From a virus, in IMG/VR virus record IMGVR_UViG_3300033233_000015, positions 46,082-110,081 of that record: 64,000 nt of DNA, one strand, 5' to 3'. Below the pieces are notes generated by a model, which saw only the letters and a list, made by a program, of their open reading frames with translations, did no database searches and was not told where the DNA came from. The translations under genes were made by a program, and so were the position numbers. Every line of letters begins with the position of its first letter. Within the stretch, counting starts at the first letter, position 1. Shown here one piece after another: positions 28,767-38,782 of the stretch.

Positions 28767-28969
28767 GCAGGGGCACTCGCAGAACGGAGCTCCGCGGACG
28801 CTCATCGACCTCGCGCTCTACCGAGAGCATCGCGCGGCGATCAATTTTTTGATCTTCCCCCCGAGGCGTTACGACTCGGAGTATTCGGGGTGGAGCAACG
28901 CCTCACGTCCTCGAGATCAGGCGATCAGTCTTCGGGGCACGTTCCCGAACCAAGGGTGAGGCATAGGCC

Positions 28970-30331
28970 ATGAGGGGAAACGCGGTCCCGTTCGCGGCGC
29001 AGACATATCCTCAAGCGAGACCGGGATCTCCGCTCACGCCCAACATCCTTTCGCAGCCGTCGATCTTCATCGATCGCGTCAATGGCAGCGACTCGAACGG
29101 AGGCACAACAGCGCTCACGCCGTTGAAGACGTGGCGCGAATACTGGAAGCGGATGTCGCTTGCAGCGGTGCCATTTCTAGCGATCTTCTTGCAAGCCGAT
29201 CAGGCGGTGCAGTACCTCGACACGCTCACTGCCGCCGACGCGCGCGTGACGTCCGATCCTGTCTTTCTATCTGGCTACTGCATCAACAATCAGCGCTTGC
29301 TCACGATTCGTGGGACGTTCAAGGAAGAGCGCGCGAGCACGTTCACCGCAGCGACGCAGCACGTGCTCGGTGGCAACGTCCCCTTCCAAGCAACGGATCC
29401 GACCGTCGTCAGTTGGGCTACGGACGTCGGAAAGATCGTGCTCCAAGCAGGGCCTAAAGCCTTCCTCGTCGACAAGGATCTCGGGGCGGGTGCTGCACGC
29501 TTCTCGCAACCGATGACCGACGCCGACGTCTTCTTCGCGGCGCTCACCACGATCACGGTCGGCGCCTACCAGATGGGCACGTACACGTCGATCATCACGA
29601 GCGATCTTTGCGTCAGCGGTGGCGGCCAAGCGTTCGCAGGTGAAGTGCGCTTCGACAAGTTCGCGTTCGGCGACGGCTCCAACGAGGTCGCGCCGACTGT
29701 AAACGCGCCACTGTCGGGCGTCATCACGTTCACGCAATGCATCTTTCACGACTACGTGTCCGCGGGTCACGACGTATGGATGCAGAACTGTTGGTTCGGG
29801 CTTGGTTTCGGCTCCGTGTTCGCAGCCTCGTCCGACAATGCGATCATCCTTGGCGGCTCGCACGATCCGGCCGGCTTCTTCACGCTCTCGGGCGGCATCA
29901 TCGTGGACGGCAACTTCTATCTGAAGAGCCCCACCAGTGTGTTCACGATCATCCCGGCGCGCATTGGCCTCCTCGCGCTGCTCGACAACGCGGCGCTCAA
30001 TCTTCAGTTCGGCACCACGATGCTCTTCAAAATCTACGCCTTCGGTGCGCGATCGATTTGGGGCAACACCGCTGCTGCGAGCGTGTTCATCAGTAACAAC
30101 GGATCGTCGTTCATTTGGGGTGGCGCCGGCTTCGTGGTCGCCGACTGCCCGATCGTTGGCGCGCAGGTGTCGAACGACAAGTTCGGCGCGACGTCGTTTC
30201 CGTTCGATCCGGCTGGTCCGGGGTTCGCGGCGGCAGCAGCGACGACGCTCGCGAACATCGCCGCCGCTCCTCCGGGGGGCTACGGCGGCACGCTCGCGGA
30301 CCCTCGTCTGAACAGCAGCTTCGGAGACTGA
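28970..30331 (+). CDS. putative spike/receptor-binding protein
   Basis: IFIDRVNGSDSNGGT...PLKT motif typical of beta-helix/fibre proteins; G/A/T/F-rich. Confidence 0.65.
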   Translation: MRGNAVPFAAQTYPQARPGSPLTPNILSQPSIFIDRVNGSDSNGGTTALTPLKTWREYWKRMSLAAVPFLAIFLQADQAVQYLDTLTAADARVTSDPVFLSGYCINNQRLLTIRGTFKEERASTFTAATQHVLGGNVPFQATDPTVVSWATDVGKIVLQAGPKAFLVDKDLGAGAARFSQPMTDADVFFAALTTITVGAYQMGTYTSIITSDLCVSGGGQAFAGEVRFDKFAFGDGSNEVAPTVNAPLSGVITFTQCIFHDYVSAGHDVWMQNCWFGLGFGSVFAASSDNAIILGGSHDPAGFFTLSGGIIVDGNFYLKSPTSVFTIIPARIGLLALLDNAALNLQFGTTMLFKIYAFGARSIWGNTAAASVFISNNGSSFIWGGAGFVVADCPIVGAQVSNDKFGATSFPFDPAGPGFAAAAATTLANIAAAPPGGYGGTLADPRLNSSFGD

Positions 30332-30334
30332 TCG

Positions 30335-30661
30335 ATGAACCCCGACAAGCGATTTCAACTCGTGTGCCGCGGCCATATCGTCGACAGCGAAGACGAGCTC
30401 GAGGTCGCGGAATCGAATCTCGCGCACCGCAAGGAGTTCGGCTGCACCGCAGTGGAAGCGGAAGCGCGGGCCGAGCGCATTGCCTCACGGTCGCAAGACC
30501 CCGAAGATCACGAGGTCATCCTCGCACGACTTCTCGAACAGCTCCGCGAAGAGACTAAGTTCGACGAGCGCCGCATTAGTCGTTTACGCAAGGATGATCC
30601 GTGGACGATCGTGGACGCGATGACCAACGAGATCGTTTTTCCCGCAAGCCTTCAGGAGTAA
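30335..30661 (+). CDS. hypothetical protein
   Basis: GGAG SD. Confidence 0.55.
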   Translation: MNPDKRFQLVCRGHIVDSEDELEVAESNLAHRKEFGCTAVEAEARAERIASRSQDPEDHEVILARLLEQLREETKFDERRISRLRKDDPWTIVDAMTNEIVFPASLQE

Positions 30662-30667
30662 CGAACC

Positions 30668-30901
30668 ATGGGATCCATCATCGGTCGAGGCAGATACGCA
30701 CGCGAGACGTACCCCCAGGTGCCCACGTCGGGGTCTCCGCTGACGCCGAGCATCCTGACGCAAGCGGCCCTCTTCTTGAAGCCGCAGACAGGGAGCGACG
30801 CGGCAGACGGCCTCACGCCCGCTACGGCGATCAAGACCTGGCGCGAATACTGGCGCCGCATGTGCGTCGCGCCGAACGCCATCACGGTGCCTGGTAGTTG
30901 A
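30668..30901 (+). pseudogene. Truncated paralog of the 28970 spike N-terminus
   Basis: TYPQ..GSPLTPxIL.Q...GSD..G.T..T..KTWREYWxRM shared; stops at 77 aa. Confidence 0.65.
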
Positions 30902-30923
30902 GTTACAATCAGGGAGAACGCGC

Positions 30924-32180
30924 ATGAAGTCGAGCCTCGAAGAAGCGCACTACAGCGAACTGCTCTATCTCGTTCAGATGGCGCTCGCGCGCGCGTCATC
31001 CGCCAGCGGGCTCTTGCTGGCCGGCAACGTCGTCGGGCCGCTCGGAGCAAACCGCGTCGTCGAGCTGAGTGGCGACTCGATCACGAAGCTCGTCGCGCTC
31101 GATTCGGGAGCTACGATCAGGCAAATGCAAACCGGGACAGCGGCAGCCCCCTCGACGGAAGTGCCACTCGTCCTTCAGCCGCGCCTGACGACGGACGGCT
31201 TAGCGAAGTCGCCGTTCGTGATGGAGATGGCTTCGTATCTGTTCGCGACAACCTACGATGAGGTCGTCGACTTCGGCTGGAACATGAACAGCGCAGAGCC
31301 GACGCTCCCAACGATCCGTGATAGCTGGGAAACCGACTACGAGATTTTCCCCGGCATTCATCAAGCCGAGATGCACAAGCAGTTCAGTCGGCTCGGTGGT
31401 GGTGGTGGCGACACGTACCGCTGGATCACCTCCGGTTTTCGATACGCCTCGCATCGTGGAACGTCTGCTCTTCAGTGGCGCGACGGTACGGGCGGCACCG
31501 ATCCCGATGGCGGCGACGCTGGCTACACCAACATTGGTGAAGTCACCGGCAACCCGACGATGACGTTCGCGACCGCTGGAATCACGACGAACACGAAGAA
31601 CATCAACTTCCTCGCGGTAGGGACGTGGCTGCTCGACGGCGGGACGAAGACCGACAACATCGCCGCCCCCAACAGCATGGTCTTCAAGCCGCAAGCCCCG
31701 TTCGCGGGCGCCACGCTCGGGAATCGGAATCCAGGCAACTACGAGATCGACCTGGCCGTTCCCATCGCGGGAGGGAGCGAAGCGAACGTCATCGTCCGGC
31801 GAGGCGTCAACATCATCTACGAGCTGTCAGCGGGATCGACGACGTGGGCGGACGCGACCGGAGCGTCTTACTTCGAGATCGTTCTTTCTGGCGTCTCGAC
31901 TCAACTCGTCGGCCTTTCGCCAGGCACGATGTACGTGTCAAACAATGCTGGCGCTCTGCAACTCACGGCGACGACCGGCGTCTATCTCCTCGCGGGCGCG
32001 GGGGACCAGTGTCACTTTTACGTAGCCGGTGTAGAGCTGGCGCAAGTGGCCGCTAACGGCGTCGCGAATCAGACGTCGCTCGTCGTGGCATGCGACGCTG
32101 CAAACACGTTGAGCCGAGTGACACTGGGTGCGGCCAACTCGGGCGGCGCTGGGTTCCGCGTACTTCGTGTCCCGAACTGA
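30924..32180 (+). CDS. putative fibre/spike protein
   Basis: LAGNVVGP..ANRV start, G/T-rich, C-terminal GAANSGGAGFRVLRVPN. Confidence 0.65.
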   Translation: MKSSLEEAHYSELLYLVQMALARASSASGLLLAGNVVGPLGANRVVELSGDSITKLVALDSGATIRQMQTGTAAAPSTEVPLVLQPRLTTDGLAKSPFVMEMASYLFATTYDEVVDFGWNMNSAEPTLPTIRDSWETDYEIFPGIHQAEMHKQFSRLGGGGGDTYRWITSGFRYASHRGTSALQWRDGTGGTDPDGGDAGYTNIGEVTGNPTMTFATAGITTNTKNINFLAVGTWLLDGGTKTDNIAAPNSMVFKPQAPFAGATLGNRNPGNYEIDLAVPIAGGSEANVIVRRGVNIIYELSAGSTTWADATGASYFEIVLSGVSTQLVGLSPGTMYVSNNAGALQLTATTGVYLLAGAGDQCHFYVAGVELAQVAANGVANQTSLVVACDAANTLSRVTLGAANSGGAGFRVLRVPN

Positions 32181-32190
32181 GGAGAGATCG

Positions 32191-32415
32191 GTGTCTAGCA
32201 AAAAGTCTGCGGCGCAAATCGAACACGAGAAGGCTTCAGCGAGGCTCGCGCAAGCGCACGGGGCGACCAGCAAGGCGCACAAGGCTTGGCAAGATGCCGT
32301 GAGTGCCGAGCAAGCGGCCGATCACGCGCTCCGCGACGCGAAAAAAGCTGCGTCCGACGAGAGGCGCCGACAGATGCCGAAAGATCACGCCGCCGAGATC
32401 GAGATCAAGTCGTGA
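32191..32415 (+). CDS. hypothetical coiled-coil protein
   Basis: GAGGAG SD. Confidence 0.55.
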   Translation: MSSKKSAAQIEHEKASARLAQAHGATSKAHKAWQDAVSAEQAADHALRDAKKAASDERRRQMPKDHAAEIEIKS

Positions 32416-32747
32416 CCGACATCAAGCTCACGCAGAAAGAAGCCGACGAACTTCGTACGCGCCAGCAGATGCTCAACGAAGCAACGCTGCGCGTGGGCCA
32501 GATCGACCTCGCGATGGCCGAGCTCGAAGGGCAGCGTCATCAGGCGCGCACGGAAGCGATGCGCCAGACGCAGGAACTTCGATCAGCAGCCGAGCGCGCG
32601 GGGACGGCACACGGCATCGTCAACCCGATTGGGTGGAAGCTGGACATTCAAGAGGGCGTCCTGCGCTCAAACGCGCCGTCGTCTTCGGCGACCGTCACGC
32701 CCATTCGTCCCAACGGGAAGAAGAACGGGCATCCGCAACCAAGGTGA
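32412..32747 (+). CDS. hypothetical coiled-coil protein (possible fibre chaperone)
   Basis: GTGA coupling; lies after the fibre gene. Confidence 0.55.
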   Translation: MTDIKLTQKEADELRTRQQMLNEATLRVGQIDLAMAELEGQRHQARTEAMRQTQELRSAAERAGTAHGIVNPIGWKLDIQEGVLRSNAPSSSATVTPIRPNGKKNGHPQPR

Positions 32748-32750
32748 AGT

Positions 32751-33167
32751 TCACCGCCGCGGCGGATCGCTCGTCGGCGACGTCACGCGCGGGATGCCTC
32801 CAGACGGATACCGCTGCATCGCTTGAAGGATCTGCGCGAGCTGCGCGCGCACGCTCTGCATCGCAGCGTCGAACAGATCGCGCGTCACGACCGTGCGCTT
32901 GATCTCGGCCACGTCTTCCGAGAGCGCATCGTGGTTCGCCTTGACGCCGTTCACTTCGCCCTGAAGCCGCGTCGTTGCCACTTCGTCGGCGTGGAGTTGC
33001 TCTCGCAAGATGTCGCGACTCGCCTCGAGAAGCGCGATGCGTCGCTCGAGCTCGCGCTTGTCGTTGCCGTAGGCGTACCGAGAAACCACGAAGAGCACGC
33101 CGAGGAGCGCCGAGAGGATCGCCGTTCCCACCGATACGACCAGCGACAGCGGCACCTGCGTCTCCAC
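32751..33167 (-). CDS. N-terminal TM + coiled-coil protein (holin-like)
   Basis: Single TM then coiled coil; near lysin genes. Confidence 0.55.
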   Translation of the reverse strand: METQVPLSLVVSVGTAILSALLGVLFVVSRYAYGNDKRELERRIALLEASRDILREQLHADEVATTRLQGEVNGVKANHDALSEDVAEIKRTVVTRDLFDAAMQSVRAQLAQILQAMQRYPSGGIPRVTSPTSDPPRR

Positions 33168-33358
33168 GGCTACAACTCGTCGAGGTGTTCAGCGTGAAGC
33201 GGAATCGACCACCCATCCTCTTCGTCGACGGTCGGCGGCCACTCTTCGGGCACGTCGTAGTCCACCTGCGTCACATCGGAGAAGAACGGGGAAGGGGCGG
33301 GGATCGTGTCGCGGGGATGCACTCGGCAAGCATACCACCGTGAGGTAGACTGATCCCG

Positions 33359-33592
33359 ATGATCGATGAGGCGGAATTGAAGGAGCGCGCGAACGCGGCC
33401 CTCGCCGGCAAGAGCAAGAACTACGTCGACGATGTGACGTACTTCGCTCGCGCCATCGAAGAACTTCTCGGAGAGCGTGCTTCTCTGAATCTGGAAAACA
33501 AGACGCTCAATGACAACGTGACCGCGTTGCAGATCGCCGGCACCGCGCTCGTGCGCGAGAACCGTCGCCTGAAGGGAATCGAGGACACATGA
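33359..33592 (+). CDS. small coiled-coil protein (paralog of 46677..46901)
   Basis: GKSKNYVDD motif; TAGACT 7 nt upstream. Confidence 0.65.
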   Translation: MIDEAELKERANAALAGKSKNYVDDVTYFARAIEELLGERASLNLENKTLNDNVTALQIAGTALVRENRRLKGIEDT

Positions 33593-34257
33593 TCGCAAAG
33601 ACCGTCGGGCCCGGCTTGTGGGCTGATACGAGTGAAACGCTCACGCTCGCGCACTACCAGTTTCTCGCGAAGGCGGGCTACCGCGGCGTCTTCCGCTACG
33701 TGCCGCTTGCTGGAGGAGGCGGAGGCATCAAGCTCGCCGAGCTCCAACTCGCGCTCAGCGTGACGTGCCCCGACGGATCTCCGTTCGGGATTCAGTTCGT
33801 GCAGTTCGCGCGATCGAACGGCATCAACGCCGCGAACGGCGCTGCCGACGGGCAAGCCGCAGCCGACTACGTGCTCAAGACGCTCGGCGTTCCGAACAAC
33901 GTGTGCGTGTGGCAAGACCTTGCGCCCGGTCCGAAACAAGCGTGCATCGACTACTCGAACGCGAACTACGCCGCGATGCAGGCACACGGCATCGCCTCGA
34001 GCGCACCAGGCATGTACGCCGAGCCCGGCTACCCGCTCACGGCTGACGAACGCTACGCGCTGCTCCACCTCCACCGCTATTGGGCGACGGCCGCGAACGA
34101 TCCGCAGAAGTTTCCCGCTCACCGCGGTTGCCAAGTGATCCAGCTTTGGGAGAGCTCGCAGGGGCAGTTCTTCCCCGAGCCTGGATTGGTGATCGATGCT
34201 GACGCGATCCAGCGCGATTACTTCGGCGACTTCCCTGTCGCGGTCGTGGCGGGATGA
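33589..34257 (+). CDS. DUF1906/GH25-like glycoside hydrolase (endolysin candidate)
   Basis: ADT...GYRGVFRYV...GAADGQAA...LGVP..VCVWQDL...PGMY...YW...IDAD. Confidence 0.75.
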   Translation: MIAKTVGPGLWADTSETLTLAHYQFLAKAGYRGVFRYVPLAGGGGGIKLAELQLALSVTCPDGSPFGIQFVQFARSNGINAANGAADGQAAADYVLKTLGVPNNVCVWQDLAPGPKQACIDYSNANYAAMQAHGIASSAPGMYAEPGYPLTADERYALLHLHRYWATAANDPQKFPAHRGCQVIQLWESSQGQFFPEPGLVIDADAIQRDYFGDFPVAVVAG

Positions 34258-34502
34258 GCGACGACACCCCCAGGCAGTCAGGCAGCCTCGCCGTCTTCGA
34301 GACGACGTGCGAGGAAGCCATCTCGAGGCTCTCGGGACGCGATTCCGTCGAAGCCGACGAGCTCCGTCACGAAGCGCGCGAACTGATTTCGACCTTGCGC
34401 TCATGGAAGATCATCCCTCCGTCGACTGATGACAGATCGCTCGTCGCGGCGCGTGTGCTTGCTCTGCATCGGGCGTCGCTCGAGTTGGTGTCCTCCTCAT
34501 GA
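34254..34502 (+). CDS. hypothetical protein
   Basis: coupling. Confidence 0.55.
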   Translation: MSDDTPRQSGSLAVFETTCEEAISRLSGRDSVEADELRHEARELISTLRSWKIIPPSTDDRSLVAARVLALHRASLELVSSS

Positions 34503-35056
34503 AGCCCTGGCTGAAAGCGGCATCCGCGCTCTTCGGCGTCGGCGCCGTCGCGCTCACGCTGACCGCAGCGTCGCGCGCGTCGAAGTCCTCAGCAGCTCCA
34601 CGCCACTCGCGCATCGCTCTCATCGGTGACTCGTACGCGGTAGGTCTTGGTCCCGAGCTCGCCAAACTCCTGCCTGACTTCAAGGCTGAGGGCCACGTCG
34701 GAACGAACACATCGCAGTGGGCTCATCACGATCGTGCGTGCGGAACGTGCGGAGACTGGCTGACGGCGTTCGCGCCCACCCTCGTGCTCGTATCGCTCGG
34801 CGTCAACGACGACGGATCCCCACACATCGAGAACTACCAAGCCATCGTGCGCGCGCTGCACGGAATCGGTGCGCGTGTCGTGTGGATCGAGCCGCCGGCG
34901 AACGTGACGGTGAACGTGGCAGCGGTACGGAGGATCATCGCGTCGCTCGGCGTCGAGACGGTGCCGGCGACGCAGACCGCGCTGAGCTCGGATGGAGTGC
35001 ATCCTCAGAGCTACGCTCCGTGGGCGCGGGAGGTGGCGGGGCATGTTGTGGCCTGA
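34499..35056 (+). CDS. SGNH/GDSL hydrolase with N-terminal anchor
   Basis: IGDSY, LGVND, DGVHP. Confidence 0.85.
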   Translation: MKPWLKAASALFGVGAVALTLTAASRASKSSAAPRHSRIALIGDSYAVGLGPELAKLLPDFKAEGHVGTNTSQWAHHDRACGTCGDWLTAFAPTLVLVSLGVNDDGSPHIENYQAIVRALHGIGARVVWIEPPANVTVNVAAVRRIIASLGVETVPATQTALSSDGVHPQSYAPWAREVAGHVVA

Positions 35057-35909
35057 CAAGCGAGAGAAGAAGATCCGCTTCACCATCTACCTCCATCGCA
35101 ACCGAGTCACCGGCAAGCCGTACGTCGGGCAGACGAAGAAGACGATGCAGAGACGATGGAGCGACCACGTAAGCGACGCCAAAAAGAATCGCGGTTGCCG
35201 TCTTCTCGGCGCCGCCATTCGCAAGTACGGATCCGACGCATTCGATCACGAAGTCCTCGACGTCGTGACCTCGCAGAGCGGAGCTGACATCGCTGAGGCG
35301 GTGTGGATCAAGCAGCGGCGGGCGCTCACTCCGGACGGGTACAACCTGGACTCAGGTCGCTACCAGGGCGCAGAGAGATCGTTTTCGCATAGCGAAGAGA
35401 CGAAGCGGCTGATGAGCGAGAAGGCGAAGGCGCGCGAGGTGCGGATGACGCCTGAAGAGAGAAGCGCGCGAAGGCTCGGGACGTCCACGCAGGAAGATCG
35501 AAACGAAGTCGCGCGAAATAGATGGGCGTCGTACACACCCGAGAAGCGGGCAGACATTGCGAAGAGGGTGAGCGAATCTCTGTCTGCTTCGGAGAAGAAC
35601 ACTGCTGCGATTCGGGCTCGATGGGCGAAGACGACGCCAGAGCAGCGGAGCGACATCGCGCGCAAAGTTCATGAAGCGCAGACACCTGAGCAGCGAAGCG
35701 AACGGCAGCGCAAATCGTGGAACTCGATACCGATCGATCGACGCATCGAGATGATCGCGACCCTCGCAGCAGCAAGGCGAAAACCTCGTGGCCCGAACGG
35801 AAGGAAGATCGGGTGCTCAAGGTGCGGAGCCGACGTGGAGGTATCATCGGGATCTTGGTGTAAAAACTGTCGTCGCGAATACAGCAGGAATTGTCGCCAT
35901 GGCACTTGA
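35043..35909 (+). CDS. GIY-YIG homing endonuclease with C-terminal repeats
   Basis: TIYLHRNRVTGKPYVGQT...RWSDH...AIRKYG...GYN; HSEETKRLMS and TPEQRS repeats. Confidence 0.85.
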   Translation: MLWPDKREKKIRFTIYLHRNRVTGKPYVGQTKKTMQRRWSDHVSDAKKNRGCRLLGAAIRKYGSDAFDHEVLDVVTSQSGADIAEAVWIKQRRALTPDGYNLDSGRYQGAERSFSHSEETKRLMSEKAKAREVRMTPEERSARRLGTSTQEDRNEVARNRWASYTPEKRADIAKRVSESLSASEKNTAAIRARWAKTTPEQRSDIARKVHEAQTPEQRSERQRKSWNSIPIDRRIEMIATLAAARRKPRGPNGRKIGCSRCGADVEVSSGSWCKNCRREYSRNCRHGT

Positions 35910-36582
35910 TTGGCCCGCATTCGGCGATGCGCTCTGGAAGGTCTACGACCAGACGGGCATTCGTCCCGAGTGGCAGATCCCCGTGATGTCGCTCGAGACG
36001 GGCGGCACGTTCGATCCGGCGATCTGCAATCCATCGAATTGTTGCGGACTTAACCAGTTCTGCGGCTCCACGTACACGCACTACGTCCACGTCCCCATCA
36101 GCGAGTACCGCACGTGGCTGGCGAGTCAGCAGCTCGCCGGTCCGGTGCTCGCGTACTGGAAGGACGCGCTCAACTTCGGCAAGATCCGCTCGAGCGCCCG
36201 CCTCATGGTCGCGCAGCTCGGTCAAGGGCTCCTCCGAACCCCCGCGAGCCTCGAGCGCGTCGTCTTCCGATCGCCTAGCATCGAGTACAAGAGCAACTCG
36301 GGCTTCGACACGCAGAAGAAAGGGACCATCACCGAGCAGGACATCGCGAACTCGATGGCGCGGCAGGTGCCGCGCGCTTCGGTGAAGGACGCCATCGCGA
36401 AGGCGTACGCGATGCGTCCTGGCGAAGTGGTGCGCGATCCCGTGTACGGCGAAGACTACGGAGGAGGCGGCGTCACACCCCCCGTGCGTCGCGCCGCGAG
36501 CTCGACGTCGTGGATCGCTCCCGTGCTCGTCGTCGGGACGCTTCTTGGCGGCGGCGCGGCCCTCGCGTACGTTTGGAAATAG
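35899..36582 (+). CDS. Lytic transglycosylase-like protein with C-terminal TM
   Basis: VMSLETGGTFDPAICNP..CCGLNQF. Confidence 0.7.
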   Translation: MALDWPAFGDALWKVYDQTGIRPEWQIPVMSLETGGTFDPAICNPSNCCGLNQFCGSTYTHYVHVPISEYRTWLASQQLAGPVLAYWKDALNFGKIRSSARLMVAQLGQGLLRTPASLERVVFRSPSIEYKSNSGFDTQKKGTITEQDIANSMARQVPRASVKDAIAKAYAMRPGEVVRDPVYGEDYGGGGVTPPVRRAASSTSWIAPVLVVGTLLGGGAALAYVWK

Positions 36583-36819
36583 ATGTCGGCCGCGCTCCGA
36601 TACCAAGACTTCGATCACCTCGCAGTATCGGTGCGCGAACTCCTCGAGCAAACCGATGCGTTCACAAGAACGATGTCGGCTCGCGATCAGATGCTCGTGC
36701 ATCTCGGCCTCGAGAGCGCGCACGCGGAGGAAGCCATCTCTCAAGGTGATCTCTCACGCGCGGAGATCCACCTGACGACGCTCTCGAAAATCGTAGACGC
36801 ACTCGGAGGTTCGAGATGA
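36583..36819 (+). CDS. hypothetical protein
   Basis: abuts the upstream stop. Confidence 0.55.
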   Translation: MSAALRYQDFDHLAVSVRELLEQTDAFTRTMSARDQMLVHLGLESAHAEEAISQGDLSRAEIHLTTLSKIVDALGGSR

Positions 36820-36928
36820 ATAAGATGATCTTGCTGGCCGCTATCGCGGCGTGCGGCGCCGCGCTCGTGGGGGAGGACGGAACCGCGCGCGCGATCTGCA
36901 CGCACTGCTTCATCGCGCAGGTCGCTTC

Positions 36929-37105
36929 GTGAACTGGCTCACGAACAACCGAGCCGTCGGGCTCGTGCTCATTCTCGCGACGCTGGCCGTCGACGTCGTG
37001 CTCACCCTATACGGACACGCGATCCCCGCGACCATCGCGTCGATCACGGTGGCTGGCGTTGGCCTCGTCACGAGGTCGATTGTAAAGTCCAAACCGAAGG
37101 GGTAG
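36929..37105 (+). CDS. small 2-TM protein (holin-like)
   Basis: two TM helices, basic tail. Confidence 0.5.
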   Translation: MNWLTNNRAVGLVLILATLAVDVVLTLYGHAIPATIASITVAGVGLVTRSIVKSKPKG

Positions 37106-37113
37106 GCTGAATC

Positions 37114-37482
37114 GTGTCCAGCGACGTCCTGCCCGAGTGTCGCGCGCGAGATCGCAAAGGCGCGATCCACACGCCGAACGGATGGTTCGTCCCCGTCTAC
37201 TGCGCCAACTGCGGCAAGATCGCTGGCATGGTGCCCGAGAGCCACATCACGCACGTATTCGCGCTCTGCGACAACGGATGCGCGGGGAAATACGGCGACA
37301 CTGCGCATGAGTACGTAGACCCCGATGCCATCTACCGCGAACGCGCGACCGCGGAAGCGTTGAAGAAGTACGGTCGCGCGCTCACGCCTGCGGAGGTCGA
37401 GCGCGAGCTCGACAACGTGTCGTCACCCATCGCCAAGATCGCCAAGGAATGGCAGGATCGCGTTCGCAAGGAGAGTCGATAG
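37114..37482 (+). CDS. hypothetical protein
   Basis: CANCG; TAGGCT just upstream. Confidence 0.65.
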   Translation: MSSDVLPECRARDRKGAIHTPNGWFVPVYCANCGKIAGMVPESHITHVFALCDNGCAGKYGDTAHEYVDPDAIYRERATAEALKKYGRALTPAEVERELDNVSSPIAKIAKEWQDRVRKESR

Positions 37483-37743
37483 ATGCCCGCTCCGAAACTC
37501 GTTCCCGCTCAATGCGACGTCCCCGGATGCGGGATGCCCGCGATCATGTCCACCGACGGCACCGAGAAGGACATCGCCAAGAAGCGCGTCACCAACAAGG
37601 ACGGTGACACGCGCGATGAGCTCCTCAACCGACCCGCCGCCAAAGACGTCAACGTGTGCGACCGCCATCGCAACTGGCCGCACTCCGACGACGCGCACCG
37701 ATTCGTCGCGAGCGACGACTTCAAGAAGCAGAAGCGAGGCTAA
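37483..37743 (+). CDS. hypothetical protein
   Basis: AAGGAG SD; CDVPGC. Confidence 0.65.
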   Translation: MPAPKLVPAQCDVPGCGMPAIMSTDGTEKDIAKKRVTNKDGDTRDELLNRPAAKDVNVCDRHRNWPHSDDAHRFVASDDFKKQKRG

Positions 37744-37746
37744 GCC

Positions 37747-38238
37747 GTGCTCTACTACACCGACGTCCCCGGCGCGACGATCACCACGAACGCGGCGATC
37801 AATACCGCCAACGACTGCACCTTCATCAAGTCGGGATCTGCGCGCACCTGCTGGCTCAACGCGATCTATCCCCAAGGACGCGGCGCGCTCCTCACGTCGA
37901 TCAGCGGCATCAGCTACCGACTCGAGAAGTGGACGACGACAGCGAGCTCTGGCGGAAGCGCGATCACGCCGAGCCCTGACGATCCTGGTTTTCAGGCCGC
38001 GAAGCACACGGCGGGATTCTCGGCCACCACCGTCACAAGCGGTACGGGCGGCCCCACGCTGATGATCTCGATCGGATCGGGGACCACGAGCCCCGGCAAC
38101 TGGCTCGCTGCTGACAGCAACGGTCCGAACAGCATGGGGTACTCGCTCGAAGCGGGTGCCAACCAATCGCTCGACATCTTCAACATCGCGAGCGCGACGG
38201 CGCTCACGTTCGAAATCAGCTGGGGCGTCGCCGAGTGA
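37747..38238 (+). CDS. beta-rich putative virion protein
   Basis: T/S/G/A-rich, strong codon bias. Confidence 0.65.
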   Translation: MLYYTDVPGATITTNAAINTANDCTFIKSGSARTCWLNAIYPQGRGALLTSISGISYRLEKWTTTASSGGSAITPSPDDPGFQAAKHTAGFSATTVTSGTGGPTLMISIGSGTTSPGNWLAADSNGPNSMGYSLEAGANQSLDIFNIASATALTFEISWGVAE

Positions 38239-38468
38239 TGATCAAGCAGAACCCGAAAGATCCAATCTGGCTCGTCGTCTTGCAGGTTCGTTGCTCCAAC
38301 GAGCCAAGCCGCATCGTCGGCGCGGACGGTCGCTCAGCGATGCTGAGCGCGACGTACGAAGAGCCGAGTGAGATCACGGTTCACGCGCCCGATGAATCGA
38401 CCGCGAAGGCGTACGTCGAACAGCAAAACCCCGGCGCGAAAGTCGCCTCCGCGGAGATGGTCAAGTGA
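38235..38468 (+). CDS. hypothetical protein
   Basis: coupling. Confidence 0.55.
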   Translation: MMIKQNPKDPIWLVVLQVRCSNEPSRIVGADGRSAMLSATYEEPSEITVHAPDESTAKAYVEQQNPGAKVASAEMVK

Positions 38469-38779
38469 CCCAACCGGCCGAGAGCTTCATCCCCGTATCG
38501 CCGAGCGTCGATACGACGGCGCCGAAGGTGCGGCAGCTTCTCGTCTTCGAGTTTCAGCCAGCAACGCAGACGTACGTGCAGGTCCAGACAGAGGTCGTGG
38601 CGCTAGCCGATCCGCTCACCGGACTAACCGTGCGCGCCGCGAGCGAAGAGTCGTTGGATAGCATCGCTCTTCTTTTGCGTGCGAATCTACGAGCGCTAAC
38701 GGCCATCGCCAACGAGCTTGGCGGACGCGAGCGCAGCTACGACGTGGACGAGTTTTACACCGACGCGCAAGAGGACTAG
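38465..38779 (+). CDS. hypothetical protein
   Basis: coupling. Confidence 0.6.
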   Translation: MTQPAESFIPVSPSVDTTAPKVRQLLVFEFQPATQTYVQVQTEVVALADPLTGLTVRAASEESLDSIALLLRANLRALTAIANELGGRERSYDVDEFYTDAQED

Positions 38780-38782
38780 CCG

